Source: an uncultured Chloroflexia bacterium
Lineage (GTDB): Bacteria > Chloroflexota > Limnocylindria > Limnocylindrales > CSP1-4
DNA length: 64,000 nucleotides
Reading direction: 5' to 3'
NCBI GenBank assembly: GCA_963746845.1
Contig: CAVVCZ010000005.1
Location: 467,591 to 531,590 of the forward strand
Shown: positions 50,997 through 61,031 of the stretch, piece after piece
How positions within the stretch are numbered: the stretch's first letter is position 1
How the letters are laid out: every line of letters begins with the position of its first letter
Made by a program: the position numbers and the translations under genes
Notes under the pieces: generated by a model
Told to the model about the DNA's origin: nothing
Database searches by the model: none
What the model saw: the letters and a program-made list of their open reading frames with translations, nothing else

Positions 50997-51826
50997 CAGG
51001 AATCGCGGAGCCGATGCTCCGGACCGAGGGACTCGTTCACGTCTACGCCGGCGAGACGCGCGCGGTTGACGGCGTCGACGTGTCGATCGGCCGCGGCGAG
51101 CGGGTCGCGATCGTGGGCCAGAACGGCTCCGGCAAGTCGACGCTCGTGCGGCACTTCAACGGCCTCCTCCGACCGACCGAGGGCCGGGTCCTCGTCGACG
51201 GCCGGGATACGGCCGGGCAGCGGGTGGCGCACCTGGCGGCGACGGTCGGGCTCGTGTTCCAGGACCCGGATCGGCAGGTCTTCGCCGCGAAGGTGCGGAG
51301 CGAGGTCGCGTTCGGACCGAAGAACCTGGGGCTCGCCGGCGCCGACCTGGAGGCGGCCGTCGGGGCGGCGCTGGTCGCGACCGGCCTCGAGCGCGACGCC
51401 GACACGAACCCGTACGACCTGGGCTACTCCCGGCGCAAGCTCCTCGCGCTCGCCTCGATCCTCGCGATGGGCACGCCCGTCGTCGTCCTCGACGAGCCGA
51501 CGACCGGGCAGGATGCTCGTGGCGTCGAGCGGGTCCACGCGGTCGTCGCCGATCTGTCCGCGGCCGGACGGACGGTGGTCGCGATCAGCCACGACATGCG
51601 GTTCGTGGCGGAGGCGTTCCAACGGGTGATCGTCATGCGCGACGGACGGATCGTCCTCGATGGAACACCCGCCGGGGTGTTCGCGGAGGCCGCGTGGCCA
51701 ACGCTCGCATCGACATTCCTCGAGCCGCCGCTGGCCGCCCGGATCGGGGCCCGGCTCGGCGTGGGTTCCACGCCGACCGACACCGCGCTGCTCGCGGCGT
51801 TGGCGAGCTCGTCCGCCCGGGGTTGA
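50993..51826 (+). CDS. ECF ATPase A'
   Basis: GQNGSGKST, FQDPDRQ, LDEPTTGQD, SHDM. Confidence 0.9.
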   Translation: MTGIAEPMLRTEGLVHVYAGETRAVDGVDVSIGRGERVAIVGQNGSGKSTLVRHFNGLLRPTEGRVLVDGRDTAGQRVAHLAATVGLVFQDPDRQVFAAKVRSEVAFGPKNLGLAGADLEAAVGAALVATGLERDADTNPYDLGYSRRKLLALASILAMGTPVVVLDEPTTGQDARGVERVHAVVADLSAAGRTVVAISHDMRFVAEAFQRVIVMRDGRIVLDGTPAGVFAEAAWPTLASTFLEPPLAARIGARLGVGSTPTDTALLAALASSSARG

Positions 51827-51829
51827 TCG

Positions 51830-52390
51830 TCAGTCGCGGGCGTGGAGCGCGACGACGATCAGGAGGAACGACGTCTCGAGGACGTCGACCCCGGCGATGA
51901 CGAGGGCGACGACCAGCGGCAGCGGGTGACCGAGCAGCCAGCCCGATGCCGCCGCGAAGGCCGCGACCGCAAGGAAGACCAGGCGGACGCCACGGATCAT
52001 CTCGGCGACGTCGCGGTCGGAGCTCGAGCCCACGGGTCGCGTCCGACGCGTGATCCCGTCGTCGCCGGGATCGCCCGACAGCTTCGCGACCGCGGACAGC
52101 AGGAGCACGAACCCGATCGCCACCGACCCGCCGACGAGCGCGGCGCGAATCAGGGGCGGCGGCGTGACGACCGAGGCGAGCGAGGTGGCGTCCCAGCCGA
52201 GGTACGTCCCCGCCGCAATCGCGCCGGCACCCGCGAGGAGCCAGAGCAGGCGGCCTGATCCTGCGTCGTCGCCGGCGCCGCGGTCGGACCGCCCCCGGCC
52301 GCGGCGCGGGTCCGGCTTCGGCTCGGGTTCCGCCTCCGGCACGTCGGCCCCCTCCGGCCGACGATGCCCCGGCTCGAACTCCGCACTCAC
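51830..52390 (-). CDS. Hypothetical membrane protein
   Basis: About four TM helices; GTG overlaps upstream stop. Confidence 0.6.
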   Translation of the reverse strand: MSAEFEPGHRRPEGADVPEAEPEPKPDPRRGRGRSDRGAGDDAGSGRLLWLLAGAGAIAAGTYLGWDATSLASVVTPPPLIRAALVGGSVAIGFVLLLSAVAKLSGDPGDDGITRRTRPVGSSSDRDVAEMIRGVRLVFLAVAAFAAASGWLLGHPLPLVVALVIAGVDVLETSFLLIVVALHARD

Positions 52391-53073
52391 CGCGACCGAT
52401 GCCCGTCCGCGGCGCGGGCGACGACCCACAGGAACCGCGCGTCGTGGCGGTCTTCGGGCTCGGCGACGACCTCCGCGCGTTCGATCGCGAAGCCGGCAGC
52501 CTCGAGGAGCCGCCGGCTGACCTTCGCCGAGAAGTGGCTGAAGTACATGTCCACGCCGAGCCAGTCTGCCTCGATCCCGCCCGGGTCGTCCTCGACGCCC
52601 AGCGACGCGATGAAGACCCCGCCGGGCCGCAGCCAGCCATGGATCCGCCGGAACAGCGGGGCCTGCTCGTCGCGCGGCACGTGGGTCAGCGAGTAGAACG
52701 CGACGACGGCGTCGACGCTGGCCACGGGCCACTTCAAGGTCGTCATGTCGGCCTGGAGGAACGTCGCGTCCGGCACGTTCCGCCGCGCCCGGCGGATCTG
52801 CTCGCGCGAGATGTCGATCCCGGTCAGGTGCCGCCCGGCCGCGAGCCGCCCGCTCATCGGCAGCCCGGCGCCGCAACCCAGCTCGAGCACGTCGGCACCG
52901 GGCCGGATCCGGGCATCCGCCAGGTCCAGCGCGCGCCGGCGAGCCGGCGACGGCCGCAGTGCGCTCCACTCGAGGTACCGGTCGGCGATCCGGTCGTACC
53001 CGTCGGCCACGACCTGCTTCGGGTCAGGCCCCGCGCTCGGATCGGCGGCCGGACCCGCGGCCGCGCGCGTCAC
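52387..53073 (-). CDS. Class I SAM-dependent methyltransferase
   Basis: VLELGCGAG, GIDIS, LRPGG. Confidence 0.88.
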   Translation of the reverse strand: MTRAAAGPAADPSAGPDPKQVVADGYDRIADRYLEWSALRPSPARRRALDLADARIRPGADVLELGCGAGLPMSGRLAAGRHLTGIDISREQIRRARRNVPDATFLQADMTTLKWPVASVDAVVAFYSLTHVPRDEQAPLFRRIHGWLRPGGVFIASLGVEDDPGGIEADWLGVDMYFSHFSAKVSRRLLEAAGFAIERAEVVAEPEDRHDARFLWVVARAADGHRSR

Positions 53074-53510
53074 GCCGGCTCGCCCACGAGGATCTCGATC
53101 CGGTGGATGACGCCGTCGACGATCCGGAACGCCCCGAGCGCCGGCTCCTCCTCGGCAAGGGAGACGAGCAGGTAGATCGCGTCGGGATAGAAGGCGAGGC
53201 CCACGTCCGTCGGGCTCGGCGCGGCCGGCGAGCGGACGTGGCTGTGGACGATCGCCCAGAACACCTCGTCCGCGTCGTCCGTCGCGATCGTCAGCCGGAG
53301 CAGGTCGTCCGGGTGGATCTCGTAGCGGTACGGCGACGCGGCCTTGTTGCGCGTCGCCTCGAACCGCCGCGCGGTCCCGCCGTCCGCGGCCGGCCGGTCG
53401 CCGATGACCAGGCCGCAGGCCTCGTTGGGGTCCTCCGCCCGGGCGTGGTCGACGATCGCCTCGATCAGCTCCGGGGAGAGGTGGATCGCTGCCGGCCCCG
53501 GGTGGCTCAC
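53070..53510 (-). CDS. mec: JAMM/M67 peptidase (Mec+, CysO-cysteine peptidase)
   Basis: PNEACGL, HSH...APSPTD; adjacent to cysM/cysO. Confidence 0.88.
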   Translation of the reverse strand: MSHPGPAAIHLSPELIEAIVDHARAEDPNEACGLVIGDRPAADGGTARRFEATRNKAASPYRYEIHPDDLLRLTIATDDADEVFWAIVHSHVRSPAAPSPTDVGLAFYPDAIYLLVSLAEEEPALGAFRIVDGVIHRIEILVGEPA

Positions 53511-54541
53511 CACCAGCTGACGCCGCCCTCGAGGTCCTCCCTCATCTCGCCCAGCTCGCGGGTGAACGTGCCGGCGCTCAGGTACTTCCAGCCGCCGTCG
53601 GGGAGCAGCGCGACGATCGTCCCGCCGTCCATCCGCTGCGCCTCGCGCGCCGCCGCGACCAGCACGGCCCCGCACGACGGGCCGCCGAAGATCCCCTCCC
53701 GGTCGACCAGGTCGCGGAGCGCGGCGATCGCGTCGGCATTGCTGACGAGGTACTTCGCGTCGAGCATCGACGGGTCGAGGATCTCCGGGACGAACCCCTC
53801 GTCGAGCGATCGGAGGCCCTGGACGTTCTCGCCCGGGAGCGGCTCCGCGGCGACGATCCGGACCCCCGGCTTCGCCCGCGCGAGGTATCGACCGACGCCC
53901 ATCAGCGTGCCGCTCGTCCCGAGCCCGGCGACGAACACGTCGATCTCCGGGCAGTCGGCGAGGATCTCCGGCCCGGTCGTCTCCTCGTGGGCGCGCGGGT
54001 TCGCGTCGTTGCCGTACTGGTAGGGCATCACGAACCGCTCGTCCTTGGCGACGAGGTGCTTCGCGAGCGCGATGGCCCCGTTGCTCCCGAGGCGACCGGG
54101 CGAGTCGATGACCTCGGCCCCGAACAGCGCCGCCATCTGGCGCCGCTCGTTCGTCACGTTGTCGGGCATGACGAGCGCGACCCGGTAGCCCTTCCGGCGC
54201 CCGATCATCGCGAGGGCGATGCCCGTGTTGCCGGACGTCGGCTCGAGGATGATCGAGTCGGGGCGGAGCAGGCGGCGCTTCTCGAGGTCCTCGATCAGGT
54301 ACTTCGCGACCCGGTCCTTGACAGAGCCCGTCGGGTTGACCATCTCGAGCTTCGCGAGGATGCGGACCGCGGGGTTCGGCGACATTCGCGGGATCTCGAC
54401 GAGTGGCGTGTGGCCGATCGCATCGAGGATGTCGAGGTACCGGCCACCATGGGGCGCGCCGATCGCATGGGCCCGGGCATGGTCGCCGCCCGGGTCGTCC
54501 CGGGCCGGGACGACCGCGGGCTTCGGGAGCGCCATCGTCAT
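53507..54541 (-). CDS. cysM: CysO-dependent cysteine synthase
   Basis: NPTGSVKDR, EPTSGNTG, GLGTSGT, DGGWKYLS, C-terminal WW. Confidence 0.9.
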   Translation of the reverse strand: MTMALPKPAVVPARDDPGGDHARAHAIGAPHGGRYLDILDAIGHTPLVEIPRMSPNPAVRILAKLEMVNPTGSVKDRVAKYLIEDLEKRRLLRPDSIILEPTSGNTGIALAMIGRRKGYRVALVMPDNVTNERRQMAALFGAEVIDSPGRLGSNGAIALAKHLVAKDERFVMPYQYGNDANPRAHEETTGPEILADCPEIDVFVAGLGTSGTLMGVGRYLARAKPGVRIVAAEPLPGENVQGLRSLDEGFVPEILDPSMLDAKYLVSNADAIAALRDLVDREGIFGGPSCGAVLVAAAREAQRMDGGTIVALLPDGGWKYLSAGTFTRELGEMREDLEGGVSWW

Positions 54542-54810
54542 CCCCCGGCCATCGCCGGCAGGATCCGGACCTCGTCGCGATCGCTCACCGCGGTCTCGAG
54601 GCCGTCCAGGTACCGGACGTCCTGGCCGTTCACGTAGACGTTGACGAACCGGTTCAGCTCGCCGCCGTCCGCGAGGAGCTGCGCGCGGAGCGCCGGATAG
54701 CGCTCCGCGAGAGCATCGACCAGCTCGCCGACCGTCGACCCGCCGAGCTCGACCTGCTTGTTGCCGCCCGTCTGGGCGCGCAGGACCTGGGGGATCCAGA
54801 CGGTGCTCAC
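54538..54810 (-). CDS. cysO: Ubiquitin-like sulfur carrier (CysO/MoaD family)
   Basis: LNRFVNVYVNGQDVRYL...ILPAMAGG C-terminal Gly-Gly. Confidence 0.88.
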   Translation of the reverse strand: MSTVWIPQVLRAQTGGNKQVELGGSTVGELVDALAERYPALRAQLLADGGELNRFVNVYVNGQDVRYLDGLETAVSDRDEVRILPAMAGG

Positions 54811-56036
54811 GCCTGCCCTCCGAGGACGAAGGTCTCGTCGGCGGCAGCGGCGTCGGCGGTCGCGCCGAGGGCGGCGAACGCCCCGAACACCGGGACCGGC
54901 AGCGGCCGGCCCTCCGCGCGGGCGGCGACCGCCTCGGTCGAGCAGACCGGGCAGGCCGGATCGCGCCGGAGCTTCAGCTCGGTGAACGTCGAGTCGAGGG
55001 CATCGAACAGGAGCAGGCGGCCGGCGAGCGTATCGCCGATCCCGAGCAGCACCTTCAACGCCTCGTTTGCCTGGAGCATCCCCATGATCCCCGGCACGAC
55101 GCCGAGGACGCCGGCCACGGAGCAGCCGGGCGCAAGCTCGGGCGGCGGCGGGGTCGGGTAGAGGCAGCGGTAGCACGGTCCCTCGAACGGGATGAACGTG
55201 GTCAGCTGGCCCTCGAACCGGAACACGCTGGCGTGGATGACCGTGATCCCCTTGGCGACCGCAGCGTCGTTCAGAAGGTAGCGGGTCTCGAACGTGTCGG
55301 TCCCATCGATGATCACGTCGTAGCCGTTGATGATCCGCTCGACGTTGTCCGCGACGAGCATCTCCTCGTAGGGGATGACGTTCACGTCGGGGTTGAGCGC
55401 GGTGATCGTCTTGCGCGCCGACTCGACCTTGCGCTCCCCCACCCGATCGTTCGTGTGGAGGATCTGGCGCTGCAGATTCGACAGGTCGACGACGTCGAAG
55501 TCGACGATCCCGATCGTGCCGACGCCGGCGGCCGCGAGATAGAGCGCCGCCGGGGACCCGAGACCGCCGGCGCCGATGAACAACGCCTTGCTCTCGAGCA
55601 GCCGGGCCTGGCCCTCCGCCCCGACCTCGGGGATGAGGAGGTGGCGGCTGTATCGCTGCTTCTGCTCCGGGGTCAGCGAGACCGGCTTCTCCCAGGCGAG
55701 GCCCGATGACTTCCACGCCTGGAACCCGCCGGACATCGACGCGACGTTCGTGTAGCCGAGCTGCTCGAGCGTCTGGGCGGCGAACAGCGACCGGACGCCG
55801 CCCGCGCAGTACAGGACGACCGGGGCGTCCCGATCCGGGACCGCGTTCTCGATCTGCTGCTCGACATAGCTCTTGCTGATGTGGAGGGCACCCGGCAGGT
55901 GCCCCTGGTCCCACTCGGAGTCCTCGCGGACGTCGACGACGGTCGTGCCGTCGGTCAGGGCGTCGACCTCCTGGGGAGTGACCTCCCGGATCTGGGACCG
56001 TGCCTCACGGAGGAGGTCGGCGTAGGTTCGTGGCAT
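54807..56036 (-). CDS. moeZ: Rhodanese-MoeB/ThiF adenylyltransferase/sulfurtransferase
   Basis: Rhodanese YCAGGVRS; RYSRH, GAGGLG, SNLQRQ, CYRC, CPVC. Confidence 0.9.
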   Translation of the reverse strand: MPRTYADLLREARSQIREVTPQEVDALTDGTTVVDVREDSEWDQGHLPGALHISKSYVEQQIENAVPDRDAPVVLYCAGGVRSLFAAQTLEQLGYTNVASMSGGFQAWKSSGLAWEKPVSLTPEQKQRYSRHLLIPEVGAEGQARLLESKALFIGAGGLGSPAALYLAAAGVGTIGIVDFDVVDLSNLQRQILHTNDRVGERKVESARKTITALNPDVNVIPYEEMLVADNVERIINGYDVIIDGTDTFETRYLLNDAAVAKGITVIHASVFRFEGQLTTFIPFEGPCYRCLYPTPPPPELAPGCSVAGVLGVVPGIMGMLQANEALKVLLGIGDTLAGRLLLFDALDSTFTELKLRRDPACPVCSTEAVAARAEGRPLPVPVFGAFAALGATADAAAADETFVLGGQA

Positions 56037-56180
56037 GGGCGGGGTGGCTCCGATGTGACGACGGGCTGCCGGCTGCTTGCGCGGGCAGGGCGGTTGGACG
56101 AGGGTGGCGATGGTCTGGGCGCTGGGGCCCGCCGGCTCAGGCCGGCCGGCGACACCTGCAGCGGCGCTCGTCGATCGGGG

Positions 56181-56561
56181 TCATGCGGGCGTTCCCTGGC
56201 CCTCGGCCAGCGCCTTCTGGAGGGTCTCATGGCTCAGCATCGCGCACTTCAGGCGGGCCGGGCTGATGTCGATCCCCAGGAGGTCGAGCAGGTCGTCCGC
56301 GCGGAAGGCCTCGACCTCGGCGATGGGCTTGCCCTTGATCTCGTCGGTGAGCAGCGACGCCGAGGCCTGGCTGATCGCGCAGCCACGACCAGTGAACCCG
56401 ACGCGCTCGACGATGCCGTCGCGCACGCCGATCTGGAGCGTGATCCGGTCGCCGCACAGCGGGTTGCTGCCTTCGAAGCTGGCGGTCGGATCCTCGATCA
56501 CCCCGAAGTTGTGGGGCCGGCGATAGTGCTCGAGGATGTAGTCGCGGTAGAGGTCGTCCAT
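56181..56561 (-). CDS. sufU: SufU/IscU-like protein
   Basis: LYRDYILEHY, NPLCGD, GCAISQAS, RLKCA. Confidence 0.9.
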   Translation of the reverse strand: MDDLYRDYILEHYRRPHNFGVIEDPTASFEGSNPLCGDRITLQIGVRDGIVERVGFTGRGCAISQASASLLTDEIKGKPIAEVEAFRADDLLDLLGIDISPARLKCAMLSHETLQKALAEGQGTPA

Positions 56562-56576
56562 TCCGATGTGCTGCTG

Positions 56577-56633
56577 TCAATCCCGACGAATCTGGTCGGG
56601 ATTGATGCTAGGCAACGGGCGCTCCGCCGTCAA
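56577..56633 (-). promoter_or_regulatory. Sigma70 promoter with Rrf2 (IscR/CymR-type) operator
   Basis: TTGACG-17 nt-TAGCAT on minus strand; perfect inverted repeat tcaatcccgac-N7-gtcgggattga at 56577-56605. Confidence 0.75.
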
Positions 56634-56890
56634 TCGCGCGCGCGTCCGTTGCAGCAGGGGGGGCGCGCACGATTGTGCCCTGTTGCGCGACGGCGATTAG
56701 ACTCCGCGCTGTCACGGTTGGACCGAGGGCAGGCGCTATGAGCCCGCGGCTTGGGGAAGCGGAACGGCGCCGGTCATCGAAAGGAGCGAGTTCACACCGA
56801 CTCGCGGTCAACCCGGGAGGAGCTGCCGCCCGACACCCTGCCCGGCGGCAGATCAGGGAACGACATCCGTCAGATCTGGAGGAACGACCC

Positions 56891-58094
56891 GTGCCAAGCA
56901 TGAGATCACGGCTTGCCGCAGCGCTGGGGGCTTCGGCCATCCTGGTGGCCGCGTGCAGCAGCGGCGCTACCCCGTCGCCATCGGCCAGCTCCGCGCCGGC
57001 GCCGAGCACGGCAGCCGGCCCCAGCGCCGCGGCACCTTCCGGGGCGGCGCCGTCGGCTGCTGTCGCCGCGAAAGACGCCAAGACGGCCGCGGAGGCGGGC
57101 GGCGTCGACGCCGTCTGTGCCGCCGGCAAGGCCGAGGGCCAGGTCAACATCATCGCCACGCCGCCCGACTGGGCGAACTACGGCCAGATCATCACCGACT
57201 TCTCGGCCAAGTACGGGATCAAGGTCCAGTCGGACAAGCCCGACGGGAACGGCCAGGACGAGATCAACGCGGCCACGCAGCTCGCCGGAACCGGGCGCCA
57301 GCCCGACATCTTCGACATCGGGTCGTCTCTCGTCAACGCCCACACCGACATGTTCACCCCGTACCAGGTGGCAACCTGGGCGGACATCCCTGACGGGAAC
57401 AAGGAATCGACTGGACTCTGGTACAACAACTACACCGGCTTCGTGTCGATCGGATACGACACCAAGCTCGGGGACATCGCGAAGGTCGCGGATCTCGCCG
57501 ATGCAAAGTACAAGGGCAAGGTCGCGTTGAATGGCGACCCGCTCAAGGCGTCCGCCGGTTTCAATGGCGTCGTCATGGCCGCCCTCGCCAACGGCGGCTC
57601 GGCCGACGATATCTCCGCCGGTGTCACCTTCTTCAAGGGTCTCGCCGACAGCGGGAACCTCCTGCCGGTCGACCCGACCCCGGCCACGATCGCATCCGGC
57701 CAGACCCCGATCGTGATCGATTGGTCCTACAACAACGGCGCCCAGACGGCGGTTCTCGCGCCGAAGGGCATCACCTGGAAGACCGTGATCCCGAGCGACG
57801 CGGCCCCCGTCGCCTCGTACTACAACGACGCGATCAACAAGGACGCGGCACATCCCGCGGCCGCCCGCTGCTGGATGGAATACATCTACTACCGACGCCG
57901 GCCAGAATGCCTGGCTGAAGGGCTTCGCCCTGCCGATCCGACTCGCGGCGATGCAGAAGGCCGGAACACTCGACGCCACGGCGCTTGCCGCGCTCAATCC
58001 CCCGACGACCCCGCCGGTCCAGCTGACGCAGGCGCAGAGCGATGCGGCAACGAAGTACCTCACCGACAACTGGAAGTTCATCGCCATCAAGTAG
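56891..58094 (+). CDS. ABC transporter substrate-binding lipoprotein (PotD/AfuA-like), frameshift near 57890
   Basis: LVAAC lipobox; PPDWANYG, HPAAARCWMEY; continues TDAGQNAWLKG in shifted frame to TAG 58094. Confidence 0.82.
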
Positions 58095-58125
58095 CAACGC
58101 AGGACAGTCGAACGGTGATGCCCGC

Positions 58126-59058
58126 GTGACCGATTCGGTCAGCGCGGCCACGCCGCCCACGGCACAGGCAGCCGGCTCTACCTCCGGTAGGGCCGGCTCA
58201 CGCCGTCTCCGGAAGGCGGGGAACTACCTCGCCCTCATCCCCTTCCTCGGCTACGTCGGGATCTTCCTGATCCTTCCGACGCTTGTCGTGGCCGTCGGTG
58301 CGTTCACGACCGCGAGCGGAGGGTTCACCCTCGACAACGTGTCGCGGCTGTTCACCGACGAGGTGTTCGTCAACGCGTTCGTTCGCTCGATCCAGCTCGC
58401 CGTGGCGACCGCGATCGCCGGGGCGATCCTCGGCGCAGTGCTCGCCTGGGCGGTCGTCCGCGGCGATCCGAACGGCGTGTTACGCCAGCTGGTGATCGCC
58501 GCGTCGGGCGTCCTCGCCCAGTTCGGCGGCGTGATGCTCGCGTTCGCGTTCCTGGCGACGTTCGGGTTCAACGGCCTCGCGACGCTGTTCTTCCGCGACA
58601 TCCTCCACGTCGACCTCCTCACCGACGCGTCGTGGCTGTACAGCCTCGCGGGCCTCGTCGTCGTCTACACCTACTTTCAGATCCCACTCATGCTGATCGT
58701 CTTCCTCCCGTCGCTCGATGGGCTCCGCCAGGAGTGGTACGACGCGTCCGCAAGCCTCGGCGGCTCCTCGTGGTCGTTCTGGAGGAACGTGGGTGGACCG
58801 ATCCTGGCCCCGGCGTTCCTGGGATCGCTGCTGCTGCTGTTCACGAACGCGTTCTCCGCATACGCGACGGCTGCCGCCCTCATCAGCCAGGGAAGCCCGA
58901 TCATCACCCTGCAGATCGCCGACGCCATGCAGAGCGAGGTCGTCCTCGGCCAGGAGAACGTCGGCAAGGCGCTGGCGCTCGGGATGATCGTCGTGGTGTC
59001 GCTGGTGATGCTGTTGTACGCCTTCATCCAGCGGCGCGCCTCGAGGTGGGTCCAATGA
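58126..59058 (+). CDS. ABC permease (PotB-like)
   Basis: Multiple TM helices, YTYFQIPLM, EWYDASASLG. Confidence 0.88.
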   Translation: MTDSVSAATPPTAQAAGSTSGRAGSRRLRKAGNYLALIPFLGYVGIFLILPTLVVAVGAFTTASGGFTLDNVSRLFTDEVFVNAFVRSIQLAVATAIAGAILGAVLAWAVVRGDPNGVLRQLVIAASGVLAQFGGVMLAFAFLATFGFNGLATLFFRDILHVDLLTDASWLYSLAGLVVVYTYFQIPLMLIVFLPSLDGLRQEWYDASASLGGSSWSFWRNVGGPILAPAFLGSLLLLFTNAFSAYATAAALISQGSPIITLQIADAMQSEVVLGQENVGKALALGMIVVVSLVMLLYAFIQRRASRWVQ

Positions 59059-59948
59059 CCGCGTCGCCCGGTGGCCCGCTCTCGGCCGCCGCGCCGCATG
59101 GCGGCGCCCTCGTCGCCCCCAAGGGACGCGGATCCGGCCGGCGCGGCTCCCGCCGTCAGCTCGGTGTCCGGATCGCGATCCTGGTCCTCGTGTTCGGCTA
59201 CCTGGTCCTGCCGCTGTTCGCGATGCTCGAGTTCTCGACCCGTGGCAACTACGGCAGCCGGACGCTGGATTCGTACGCCGCGATCTTCAGCAACCAGGAC
59301 CTGATCGACGCAGTCACCACGTCGCTCGAGATCGCGGTGCTGACCGTCTTCGGCATGCTGCTCCTCCTCGTCCCGACGATGGTCTGGACGGTCGTCCGGG
59401 TCCCCGGCATGCGCCGCGTCGTCGAGTTCCTGTGCCTCCTGCCGCTCGCGATCCCCGCGATCGTCATCGTCGTCGGCATCGCCCCGATCTACCGCTGGAT
59501 GGGCCAGCATCTCGGCGCGGTCGGGGCATCACCGCTGACGCTCGCCCTCATCGACATCATCCTCGTGCTGCCGTTCGCCTACCGGGCGATCGATGCGAGC
59601 CTCCGGTCGATCGACACGGCGACGCTCTCGGACGCCGCGCGCAGCCTCGGCGCCGGCTGGCCGCGGACGATCCTCCAGGTCATCGTCCCGAACATCCGCG
59701 GCGGGATCCTGTCGGCATCCGTCCTCGCGGTCGCGCTGGTCCTCGGCGAATACACGATCTCGTCGCTGCTGTCCTTCAACACGCTCCAGGTCGTCATCTA
59801 CCTGCTCGGCAAGCGCGATCCGTTCATCTCCGTCGCGGTCGCCTTCGCCGCGCTGCTGTTCGCGTTCGTCCTGCTGTTCGTCATCACCCGCGTCGGAGCC
59901 GGCGGCGACCGCCGTGCCCAGGTCGAGAGCGAGGAGCCCGCCACATGA
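59055..59948 (+). CDS. ABC permease (PotC-like)
   Basis: LPFAYR, DAARSLGA, LGEYTI. Confidence 0.88.
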   Translation: MTASPGGPLSAAAPHGGALVAPKGRGSGRRGSRRQLGVRIAILVLVFGYLVLPLFAMLEFSTRGNYGSRTLDSYAAIFSNQDLIDAVTTSLEIAVLTVFGMLLLLVPTMVWTVVRVPGMRRVVEFLCLLPLAIPAIVIVVGIAPIYRWMGQHLGAVGASPLTLALIDIILVLPFAYRAIDASLRSIDTATLSDAARSLGAGWPRTILQVIVPNIRGGILSASVLAVALVLGEYTISSLLSFNTLQVVIYLLGKRDPFISVAVAFAALLFAFVLLFVITRVGAGGDRRAQVESEEPAT

Positions 59949-61015
59949 CCGCCGCGAGCGCAATCCCCATCGAGACCGGGCACGGCGTCGCCGTCGAGTT
60001 CGACGAGCTGCATCGCTGGTACGGATCCGTGCATGCGCTCAACGGGCTGACGATCAGCATCGCGCCGGGCGAGCTGATCGCCCTGCTCGGGCCGTCGGGC
60101 TGCGGCAAGACCACCGCGCTCCGCGCTCTCGGCGGGCTCGACGAGGTCGACCAGGGACGGATCCTCGTCGGCGGGAAGGAGATCACCAACGTCCCCGCGA
60201 ACAAGCGGAACATGGGTGTCGTCTTCCAGGCCTACAGCCTCTTCCCCAACATGACGGCCCGCGACAACGTCGCCTACGGCCTGCGACTCCGCGGGATCAG
60301 CGGCGCGACCCGCAAGAAGAAGGCCGAGGACATGCTCGAGCTGGTCGGCCTCGGCCAGCAGGCGAGCCGCTACCCGCACCAGATGTCGGGCGGCCAGCAG
60401 CAGCGGGTCGCGCTCGCGCGCGCGCTCGCGATCGAGCCGAGCGTGCTGCTCCTCGACGAGCCGCTGTCGGCGCTCGATGCGAAGGTCCGGCGCCAGCTGC
60501 GCGAGGAGATCCGGCGCATCCAGATCATGATCGGGATCACGACCCTGTTCGTGACGCACGACCAGGAGGAGGCCCTCGCGATGGGCGACCGGGTCGGGGT
60601 GATGTCCGCCGGGCGTCTCGAGCAGATCGCCGCGCCGGCCGAGCTCTACGACCGGCCGAAGACACGCTTCGTGGCCGAGTTCGTCGGATTGACCAACCGG
60701 ATCCCGGGGACGGCCGCCAGCGGCGGCGTCGAGCTGCTCGGGACCCGCGTGCCATTGCTGGATGGCTCGGCGACGTCCGGTCCGGTCCAGGCCCTCGTCC
60801 GGCCGGAGGCGATCCGCATCGTCCCGGACGAGGCGGCCGACGCCCGCGTCGTCGCCGTCAGCTTCCTCGGTTCGGTCTGCCGGGCCCAGGTGGCCCTCAA
60901 GGACGGCACGATCGTCTTCGGTCAGCTGTCCGCGGCCGAGGCGGAGGGCCTCGCCCAGGGCACCGCCGTCCGGGTGAGCGTCGTGCCGTCACCGGTGTTC
61001 GCGGTCGCCGACTAG
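59945..61015 (+). CDS. ABC ATPase (PotA-like, TOBE domain)
   Basis: GPSGCGKTT, MSGGQQQR, LLLDEP, VTHDQEEA. Confidence 0.92.
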   Translation: MTAASAIPIETGHGVAVEFDELHRWYGSVHALNGLTISIAPGELIALLGPSGCGKTTALRALGGLDEVDQGRILVGGKEITNVPANKRNMGVVFQAYSLFPNMTARDNVAYGLRLRGISGATRKKKAEDMLELVGLGQQASRYPHQMSGGQQQRVALARALAIEPSVLLLDEPLSALDAKVRRQLREEIRRIQIMIGITTLFVTHDQEEALAMGDRVGVMSAGRLEQIAAPAELYDRPKTRFVAEFVGLTNRIPGTAASGGVELLGTRVPLLDGSATSGPVQALVRPEAIRIVPDEAADARVVAVSFLGSVCRAQVALKDGTIVFGQLSAAEAEGLAQGTAVRVSVVPSPVFAVAD

Positions 61016-61031
61016 CCGCGGGGAGCCTGCG

